Positions 38,350 to 47,600 of a DNA stretch of 64,000 nt are shown one piece after another. Numbering within the stretch: the first letter of the stretch is position 1; each line of letters starts with the position of its first letter. The stretch comes from Verrucomicrobia bacterium UBA6176. Lineage in GTDB: Bacteria > Verrucomicrobiota > Verrucomicrobiia > Limisphaerales > UBA9464. The stretch covers positions 16,076 to 80,075 of the forward strand of contig DITU01000007.1 of the NCBI GenBank assembly GCA_002422905.1. The letters are read 5' to 3'. The position numbers were made by a program, and so were the translations under genes. The notes beneath the pieces are model-generated. The model had not been told where the DNA came from, made no database searches, and was given only the letters and a program-made list of their open reading frames with translations.

Positions 38350-39015
38350 ATGAAGACCCTTTACCTCATTCCCTGCCTCCTGCTCGCCAATGCCGGACTC
38401 CAAGCCGTGGCGCAATCCGTCACCCAGTCCGTCCCCTTCAATTTCTCCAATTCAGGGCCGTTGCCCCTAACGGTCGTCACTCTCGGAGAGTTCACCGGCA
38501 CCTTCCAACCCTTCAACCCAGCCCTGGGCACCCTGGAATCCTTCCAGATCAATTGGTCCATCGACTTCGCCGCGAGCGGCACGGTGACGGGTGATCCCAG
38601 TGGCAGTTTCAATGCCTCGGCTAGCGGCGGCTATCGCCTCAACGGGCTCAGCAATGGTGGCTATAGCAATAGCGACGGGGACGGAGGGCCAACTGACCAA
38701 CCCGTCTCCCTTGCTTTTAGCGTCGCCGACCCCGACCTGTTTCTGGTCAGCAATGCAGGCGTGACCTACAACCCCTCGCTCCTAGCGGTCGTCCTGGGCG
38801 CCAACTCCTTCCCCATTGATTGGGATACAGCCTATGTCATTTCCGGTAGCGGTGTCGGCGGAGTCTCTGGCTCGGCCATCGGCAGTGTGGAGCTCATCTA
38901 CAACTACAGCTTGGTGCCGGAAGCCGACACTTACGCCGCGGCCGGCCTGCTCGTGGCCGCGGTGGGCGGAGTCGCCTGGCGCCGCCGAAGCCAGGGCCAG
39001 GCCGTCCAGTCCTGA
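38350..39015 (+). CDS. PEP-CTERM sorting-domain protein
   Basis: 221 aa. Signal peptide MKTLYLIPCLLLANAGLQAVAQS and C-terminus VPEADTYAAAGLLVAAVGGVAWRRR. Confidence 0.75.
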   Translation: MKTLYLIPCLLLANAGLQAVAQSVTQSVPFNFSNSGPLPLTVVTLGEFTGTFQPFNPALGTLESFQINWSIDFAASGTVTGDPSGSFNASASGGYRLNGLSNGGYSNSDGDGGPTDQPVSLAFSVADPDLFLVSNAGVTYNPSLLAVVLGANSFPIDWDTAYVISGSGVGGVSGSAIGSVELIYNYSLVPEADTYAAAGLLVAAVGGVAWRRRSQGQAVQS

Positions 39016-39021
39016 GAATCG

Positions 39022-39389
39022 ATGGGGTCAGTCCCATACAGTTGACAAATCTTTGGCCTGTTGAAGGCCTTTCCCCCGGCTCGACCTTTGCGGATTCAGG
39101 TGTCGGACGGAGCGGACAACGTGATGGGTCGTGGCCGCGGCGGACCAGGCATCACCGCAAAGACAAGGATCGGCGCCGGTTACTTGGGCGGGTTTCTGAG
39201 CCACAAGAGCGTTGCGGCCGTCCCGTCATTGGCAGGGGAAAACGGGGGCTTGGTGACCATGACTCAAGTAACCGCAATGGAGCGATGTTGAGGGTCTCGA
39301 CAGCAGTTTCTGGGACATCCTGACACCCACTTCACCGCTCAAACCCTCTCCGGGATTTTCCCCATCGGGACCTTTATCCTTTACAGAGC
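39022..39389 (+). repeat. 369-bp duplicated non-coding element, copy 2
   Basis: See copy 1. It ends 44 nt upstream of the ATG of the beta-barrel gene at 39433. Confidence 0.85.
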
Positions 39390-39432
39390 GTGCCTGCATG
39401 GGGCTAGTCACTTCCAAATTGTCGCCCCAGCC

Positions 39433-40545
39433 ATGCAAGATTTCCCCTCACACAAACCCTTTTCTCGCATCCGCCTCCTCGTCCGCTTCGTCATCGGAGG
39501 TGCTCTCCTGGCCGACACTCTCGCTGCCCAGGACGCGCAATCCGGCGTCGGTCCACGGGATGACATCCGCCGGATCCGTGAACCGGCCGGCAAATGGCGG
39601 GTGGGTTTCGGATACGCCCATTTTCTGAATGTCCCCGCCCGGTTCCACGGCCTTGGCGGCAATCCCGCTGCCCTGCCCCTGCCTCCCGGCGGAACCCCCG
39701 GCTTCGGCGAATACGACGACGGCTACGTGCGCGCCGACATCAGCGGCGATACCACCCTCACCAGCAACTGGGGTTACTCCAACGACAGCCAGTTCGATCC
39801 CGCCAATGGCGGCAGTCTGGCTCTCTCCGTCACCCAGGGAATTGCCGGCGGCGGATCGAGTCACACCACGGAAAACGCTCCGGGCTTTGAACTGTTCGCC
39901 CTGCGCGAAATGGGCCGGGTGGAGTTCAATCAAACCGTCCTGCCCTGGGGATTCTCCAGCCGACTCCACTACGCCCGATTCGATGTCGAAGATTCCGGCT
40001 CGGTCCCGCTCAATGCACGTCGCATCACCGACCGGTTCGCCTTCAATGGCGTGATTCCGCCGCTCGCTCCCTACAACGGCAATTTCACCGGGCCTGGGGC
40101 CCTGATCTCCACCGCCGCATCGCGCACCGAATCGATCGTACCCGGAGGCTCCACCTCCCGCGGAATGCGCCAACTGGAAGTGGACCTGGTTTCATCCAGC
40201 TTCGGGGCCTGGATCGAGATCCCGTTCTCGGACCGTTGCTCCCTTGAACTCGAAGGCGGCATCTCCCTCGCCATCGCCGACGGCAGCTACGCGCATCAAT
40301 CCGAAGTCACCGGACCCGGCGGTGTCCTCGGGACCACCAGCGACCAGGATGACCGGACTTCACTCCTTCCCGGGTTCCACCTCGGGCTCGCCGCAACCTA
40401 TGGCCTCACCGAGCGCTGGGATTTCCTCCTCAGCGGCCGATACCAATACCTGGATGACTTCGCCATCCGCGCCGGTTCATCCGCCGCGGAACTGTCCTTC
40501 AGCCACTCCTTCGTCCTGACCGCCGGCGTCCGCTTCCGGTTCTAA
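39433..40545 (+). CDS. Putative outer-membrane beta-barrel protein
   Basis: 370 aa. Signal-like SRIRLLVRFVIGGALLADTLAAQ, alternating hydrophobic strands, and a C-terminal ...SFVLTAGVRFRF with a terminal aromatic residue typical of OMP barrels. Confidence 0.55.
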   Translation: MQDFPSHKPFSRIRLLVRFVIGGALLADTLAAQDAQSGVGPRDDIRRIREPAGKWRVGFGYAHFLNVPARFHGLGGNPAALPLPPGGTPGFGEYDDGYVRADISGDTTLTSNWGYSNDSQFDPANGGSLALSVTQGIAGGGSSHTTENAPGFELFALREMGRVEFNQTVLPWGFSSRLHYARFDVEDSGSVPLNARRITDRFAFNGVIPPLAPYNGNFTGPGALISTAASRTESIVPGGSTSRGMRQLEVDLVSSSFGAWIEIPFSDRCSLELEGGISLAIADGSYAHQSEVTGPGGVLGTTSDQDDRTSLLPGFHLGLAATYGLTERWDFLLSGRYQYLDDFAIRAGSSAAELSFSHSFVLTAGVRFRF

Positions 40546-40558
40546 CCCGATTTCCTCC

Positions 40559-41659
40559 ATGAAAACTCCCCTATCAACCGCGCTCGCCCTGTTGATCCCC
40601 CTTTGTGCCGCGGCACGCCAACCCGGGCCCACCACCATCGGTTTCGATCGCCCGACTTATACCGCCCCCCTCGGAGCCACCGTGACGGGTTCCATCGTCA
40701 TCGATCCGGTGCCCGCTGGCGGTCTCTATAGTCAGGGAACAATCCTCACGGTCCGGGACCGGTCCGGCAACCTGGCCGGGGTGGTGACTCCCGTGCCCGC
40801 AACCGTGCTTCAACACGACGGCGTGCGTCTCACCGGCCCGCGCCAGTCGGTTGCAGGGAACGGCACCGGCCGGATCAAATCATCGACCGCCTTCTCCATC
40901 GACCGCCCCACCCTGCTGGTACCGACCATCGCCACCTTCAGCATCGGCAATCTTCCCGCCGGCACCTACGACCTTCAGCTCGCACCGTGGAACGAACTCG
41001 GTGTCACCGAGAACATCTTTGTCACCGGCCAATCCAGAACGCTCGACCCGGTCCTCACCTTCCTGCCCGCCACCATCGAGATCGTGGGCCAATCCCTGCC
41101 GGAACTCACCGAATCCGGTCCGGTCACCCTCCAACGCCAGACCGGTCTGCTTGAACAACGGGTGACCGTGTCCAACACCACCGGCGGAACCCTCGCCGGG
41201 TTCCGCATCCTCGTCGGTTCACTGCCCGACAACGTCCAACTGCGAAATGCACACGGCATGATCGATGGCGTTCCCTATATCGACGTTCTGACCCAGTTGG
41301 CCCCGGGCGCCGCCGTTTCCCTCGTTCTCGAATATTACCGGCCCAGCCGCGACCTGAACTTCATCCCAACCTTCACTGTCGCCCGACCCGGCGGTACCCC
41401 ACCGGATCCAGGATCCCTGGGCCTGCTGGATGTCAACCTGCGCGTGCTGCGCCGGGATGCCGGTGGCCTGCTCGTCGAGTTCCTCTCCGGAAAGGACCGA
41501 CCCTATAGGATCGAGTACAGCGACGACCTGATGACCTGGAAGGTCAGCGTCCCGGATGTCATCGGAACCGGTGAACGGATCCAATGGTTGGATAACGGCC
41601 CACCCAAGACCGAATCGTTCCCCGCCACCAACCGCTTCTATCGGCTGACCTCCGAATGA
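40559..41659 (+). CDS. Secreted hypothetical protein with a C-terminal W...RFYRL module, translationally coupled to the Rhs gene
   Basis: 366 aa. Signal peptide MKTPLSTALALLIPLCAAA and C-terminus RPYRIEYSDDLMTWKV...TNRFYRLTSE. Its stop overlaps the Rhs ATG (ATGA at 41656-41659). Confidence 0.65.
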   Translation: MKTPLSTALALLIPLCAAARQPGPTTIGFDRPTYTAPLGATVTGSIVIDPVPAGGLYSQGTILTVRDRSGNLAGVVTPVPATVLQHDGVRLTGPRQSVAGNGTGRIKSSTAFSIDRPTLLVPTIATFSIGNLPAGTYDLQLAPWNELGVTENIFVTGQSRTLDPVLTFLPATIEIVGQSLPELTESGPVTLQRQTGLLEQRVTVSNTTGGTLAGFRILVGSLPDNVQLRNAHGMIDGVPYIDVLTQLAPGAAVSLVLEYYRPSRDLNFIPTFTVARPGGTPPDPGSLGLLDVNLRVLRRDAGGLLVEFLSGKDRPYRIEYSDDLMTWKVSVPDVIGTGERIQWLDNGPPKTESFPATNRFYRLTSE

Positions 41660-44600
41660 ATGCCGCATCGCTCCCACCCTTTTCCCCTTCCTCCGCCATG
41701 TTCATGAGCCTTCTTCCCCGCTCCACCGCACTCTTCCTGCTCACCCTGCTCGCCATCCTCCCCGATGCACGCGCCCAGTTTCCGCCCGACCCGGCCGAGT
41801 TGCCCCAGGTGATTGAACCCTGGATCAACGCGGGCCAACCGCAGCGTTCCATGATCCAGACGATCGGTGTCCGCTTCGACCGCAATGTCGCCGGTCGCGT
41901 CCAGCCCGGCACCCTCCGCCTGCGGCACGTCGAGACCGGAACCGAGATCGATCTTTCCGCGACAGAACTGATCTATGATCCCAGGAACCAATCCGCCAAC
42001 TGGATGCTGGACCGGAACCCGGGAGCATTGTTGCCGGACGGAAACTATATCGGGTGGATCGAGCGCGACACCCTGCTCGACCCCGCGCGCCGCGCGCTCT
42101 TTGAGGTCAACGGACTGCCCCTGCCGGACTTCACCTTCTCCTTCCATCAACTGTCGGGAGACAGCGATGGGGATCGCGACGTCGATTTCCTCGACAGCTC
42201 CATCCTGAGATCCGCCTGGCAGGAACTGCTGGGAGCGCCGCTCTACCAGTCCTTCCTCGACTTCGACATCAGCGACCGGGTGGATGAAGCGGATCGGGCG
42301 CGGGTCGAGGCCACCTATTTTACCCTCCTGCCGTCGCGTCCCGCGATCCATCTCTTCCTCCAGAACGACACCGGTGAAAGTCCGTCGGACCGGGCCACCG
42401 CACTCTATGCGGTCGGCATGGACACCACGGATTTCGCCCCCGTCACCACCTGGACGGCGGGATTGAATGGGGGAACCGGCATCGACGTGACCTCGCGGGT
42501 CGGATCCGGGCGCGCGATCCTGGATGAAGCGTTTCTGGATCAACTCAACGGTGCACCCCTGGCACCGGGTCTCTTCCAATTGAGGGTGGAAGCCCGGGAT
42601 GCAGGCGGAACCGTGGTGGCCACGGACCGACTGGATTTCGAATACCTCGGACGCGTTGCCTATGCGCCGCACTTTGTTTCCGAACCGCCTCCGGGGGTTG
42701 CCCTGGGTCGGGTGCGGGCTCCCGAACCGCTCAACCTCTCGACCTGGACGGTTGAAAGCTGGCCCGGCAGCCAGACCGTCTCCCAATGGATCATCGCGCC
42801 GGACGGACTTTCGGTTGAACAAACCCGCAATTCACGACCTTCCGCCCTCGTCAGCGACCGCAGCTTCCAGAACCTGCGCGTCACTGGCCGCTTCCGTGTC
42901 GACACCTCCTCGGACGACGACCTGATGGGCTTCATCTTCGGCTACCAGAACAACAAGCAGTTCTATCTGTTTGATTGGAAACAGGGATCCCAGGGCTTTG
43001 TCGGCGGCCTCGCCCTGCGCGGCATGAGCATCAAACGCGTGGACGCCGGCGACCGGGTGTTCACCGAACCGGACTTCTGGTGGTCCGACCGGGATCGCGA
43101 GAACACCACCGTGCTCGTCGCACCCAACGACATCCCCTGGCGGGATTTCCAGGATTACGACATTTCCCTCGAATTCAGCGCCGGCCGCATCGTGGTTGAG
43201 GTGCGCGAAGCGGGCACATTGCTCGACCGGTTGGAAGTGGAAGACAACACCTTCACCGGCGGACGGTTCGGGTTCTATAACTATTCCCAGGACTCCGTCA
43301 TCTACAGTGGCTTCACCCAGGAATTCCTCGACAACGTCTATTCCTACGATTCAGAGGCCATTGATCCCGACGGCGGCACCATCACCTATACCCTTCGCGA
43401 TTCTCCCCCGGGCGCTTCACTCAACCCCGCCAACGGCGTCCTCAACTGGCAGCCCGACGCCGCGGGAGATTTCCCCTTCGCCATTGTGGCCACCGACCCG
43501 GACGGTCTTACCGATGTCCAGGAGTTCAATGTCCGCGTCAGCCCCGTTGATCTCCCCCCCACCGTCTACATCGCCAAGACAAGTCCCGCCCTGTTCCCCG
43601 GTGATCCGGTCGGCATCCAGGTGTTGGCCGCAGACGACCAGCAACTCGCCGGTGTCCGGCTCTTCATCGACGGCCTCGAAGTCACCCTGGATGAAACCCG
43701 TTCCATCACCACCCAGTTCACTGTTCCCGCACTCATCGAACTGCGCGCGGTCGCGGTCGATTCCGCCGAACAGGTTTCCGAAATCACCTCCCACATCCGG
43801 GTGCTCGATCCGGCCTCACCGGTCCCGGACCAGCCGGGAACCATCGCAGTGGCTCCGCCCGGACAGACCACCGGAACTACCAGCGATCTCCGTCCCCGCG
43901 TCTCGTTCCAAGCCCCGCGGTCGACCAACGACGATCCGACCCGGTTCATTGGCACCGTTCATCCCAACGGCGGGATCCTTGATGAATGGGCACTTGAATG
44001 GGCGCCCCTGGCCCGGGTCGACACCGCCAACCTCGCCTCACCAGCCGTCCTTTGGCAGGCCCTGGCCCAGGGCACCAACTCCTTCGATGCCGCCGAATTG
44101 GCGACCATCGTTCCGTCCCAGTTTCCGGATGAACCCATCGCCTTCCGGCTCCGTGCCCGGAACGTCACCGGCCTCGGTTCCATGGTAAGTGTCGTCTTCA
44201 ATCCCCGACGCAGTTCCACCACCGGCCCCGGGCAGGTCACCGGCACCGGATCCGGCGTCCGCCCGGTCGCTTCGTTCAACGCCCCACTTTCGCCCGCGGA
44301 CGACCGCACCCTCCTTCGCGGCACGGTTTCCACCACCGGCACCACCCTCCAGCGATGGTTCCTCGACTACGCGCCGCAGAACCGCGTGAACACGACGAAT
44401 CTCCTGGATCCGGCGGTGAACTGGACATTGTTGGAACAGGGTGCCGCTGGCTTTACCAACAACCTCCTCACCACCCTCGATCCTGCTGATTTCCCCAACC
44501 AGACCTTCGTCTTCCGTCTCACCGCGGTCAGCACCGGCGGCCTCGGCAGCGTCGCCACCGTCGTTTTCAACCCGGTCGCCACCGACTTCTCCGGCCCCAC

Positions 44601-47600
44601 GGACAGCACTGGTTCAAGCCCCGGCACCGCCATCCGTCCCCTGACCCGGATCACCGCACCCACCAAGCCCACCGACGACCGTTCTGTCCTGGTCGGCACG
44701 GTCTCGGCCAACGGCGGTGCGCTGGCAAACTGGATCGTCGACTACGCCCCGCGTTCCCAGGTCAATGCCGAGGATCTCACCGATCCTGCCGTTGCCTGGA
44801 CCCGCCTCGCCGAGGGCTCTTCCGAGGCGACCCTCGCCCCGCTCGCCTCCCTTTCAGATCCTGCCTTCAACAACGGGGTGTGGATCCTGCGTCTGCAAGC
44901 CTTCAACACCAACGGCCTCGGCAGCCTCGCCACCATCCAGTTCGATTCCGGCGACACCTCCACCCCCAGCGTCGCCCTCACCGCGCCCGCTCCCGAATCG
45001 GATATCGGCTTCCTCACCGAAGTCCGAGGCACCATCGGCGCCGGATCCGGAGTCCTGGATTCTTGGAAGCTTGAGATCGCCCCGTCCGAGGAAGTCTCCC
45101 TCAACACCCTCAACAATCCCAATGCCAGCTGGGTGGAACTCGGCTCCGGCAATTCCCCCGTCCAGAATGGCCGGCTGGGCACCCTCGATCCCACCCTCCT
45201 GCGCAACGGTTCCTATGTGCTCCGTCTCCGCGCCTTCAACTCCAATGGGCGGGGCCTCGCCGACGGCCTCCTGATCCATGTCTCCGGCGAAGCCAAACTT
45301 GGCAATTTCCGCCTCGAATTCGAAGACCTCAACATCCCGCTCGCCGGCGTCCCCATCCGCGTCCGACGCATCTACGACACCCTCAATGCCAATCGTTCGG
45401 GCGACTTCGGCCACGGCTGGTCCCTCGACATCGGTGATCCCGAGATCCGCGAGACCGTGCCGGACACCGGCGACAGCTATTTCTTCGCCACACCCTTCGA
45501 GATTGGCACCCGGGTTTTCCTCACCAACCCCGAGGGCCGGCGCGTCGGATTCACCTTCAATGTCCGCAACCCCCGCAACCGCTTCCTCTATGTCGATCAC
45601 GAGCCCTTCTTCGAACCGGACCCCGGCGTTTACGACATCCTGACCATTGCCCCGTCCGACTACGAACGGGTGCAGGTCGATGAAGCCGGCGCGGTCTATA
45701 CCCCGCTGCTTCCGTTCGGATATAACCCCGACCGTTACCGTCTCACCACGCGCGAAGGCACCGTCTATGCCTACGACCAACGCACCGGCCTCCAACGCAT
45801 CACCGATCGCGCCGGTCAATTCGTCACCTTCACCCGCAGCGCCATCACCCACAGCAGCGGCCAGGCCGTCGCCCTCACCCGCGATTCCCGCGGTCGCATC
45901 ACCCGCATCACCGCCCCCGACGGCTCCGCCACCCAATACCGCTACGACACCAATGGCGATCTCGTCGCCGTCGAGGATCCCAATGGCGGTGTCACCTCGC
46001 TTTCCTATCTGCGGCGCCCGGCCCATTACCTGGACCGCATCGCTGATCCCGTCGACGCCGCCCGCGGACGTCATACACGCCGGGTGATCTATGAGGACGG
46101 CCGCTTCGCTCGGGTCGAGGACGGCGACGGCAATGTCATCGCCAGCCAATCGAATCAACCCGGCCAGTTCGACGGCACCCGTACCGATGCCTTGGGCAAC
46201 GTCACCCAACTCCTGTATGACACGCGGGGAAATATCGTCCGCGAAGTCTCGCCCACCGGCGCCGTCACCCTCATCGAGTACGGTGACCCCGCCAATCCGG
46301 ACAAGGAAACCGCGCTCGTCGATCCCAACGGGAACCGCACCACCTTCTCCTACGATTCGCGCGGCAATCTCCTCACCCTCACCGCCGCCTCCGGCACCGT
46401 TCACCAGACCACCTACGACGCCTTCAACCGGCCCGTCCAGGCCGTCATCCGGTCCGCCCAGGGCATGACCAACATCTCCGTCCGGGTGGTGCGCGACACC
46501 GGCGGACGTCCCATTGAAGTCCGGGATCAACTCGGTCGCGTCCGAACCCTCCAGTACGATCCCTCCGGCCGGATCACCCAGTTCACCGACTACGACGGAA
46601 GCGTTCGTACCTTCGAGTACGATTCCACCAACCCGCACCGGCACCCGAATCGGGTCACCATCGGCGGCGACACCTTCCGCTTCACCTACAACTCACGCGG
46701 GCTTCCCCTCGAAATCACCGATCAACGCGGCAACCTCACCACCTTCCGTTACGACGCCATGGGGAACCTCCTCGAACGTCGTACCGGTTCCAATGAACCC
46801 ACCCGGTTCCTCTACAATTCCAACAACGACGTCGTCCGCGTCGTGGATCCCATGGGCCGCATCAAGGAGTTCTCCTATGACTCCGCCCGACGCCTCATCG
46901 AGGACATCACCGTCGTCACCGACAACGGAGATTCCTCCGACGACATCGTCGTCCGCTATTCCCACGACATCGCCGGCCGGCTCACCGCCATCACCGATCC
47001 CAACGGCCGCATCACCCGGTACGAATACGATGCCGATGGCCGGCGCACCGCGGAGATTGATCCCGCCGGCAACCGCATCGCGTCGGTCTATGACGGCAAT
47101 GGCAACATCGTGCGCCATACCGACCGGCGCGGTTATGTCCGGACCTTTGCCTATGATTCCCACAACCGTCAGATCCGCGAGGACTGGCTCGATCCGGTGA
47201 CCGGCGAGGTCGTCGAATCCATCGGCGCCGAATTCAATGCCTTCGGCGCCCTGACCGGAATCCAGGACAGCAGCACCCGCTACCGGATGACCTACGGGAT
47301 GAACGGCATGTTGATGTCCATTTCCAACTTCGGATCCCAGGGCCAACCCCAGGTCAGCCTGATGACCGCCTATCATTCCAGCGGCCTCATCTCCGCCATC
47401 ACCGACAACACCGGGGTCCGCGTCGGCCGTTCCCATTCCGCCAACGGCGACCTCACCGGGACCACCTGGTCCGGCGCGTCACTTGCTCCGCATCACGTCC
47501 AGTTCCAACATGATCCCGACGGACTGCCCACCGAGGTTGCCCGGCACGCCGCCCTCAACGCCTCCGCCCTCGTCAGCCGCACGCGCATCGAACGCGATCC

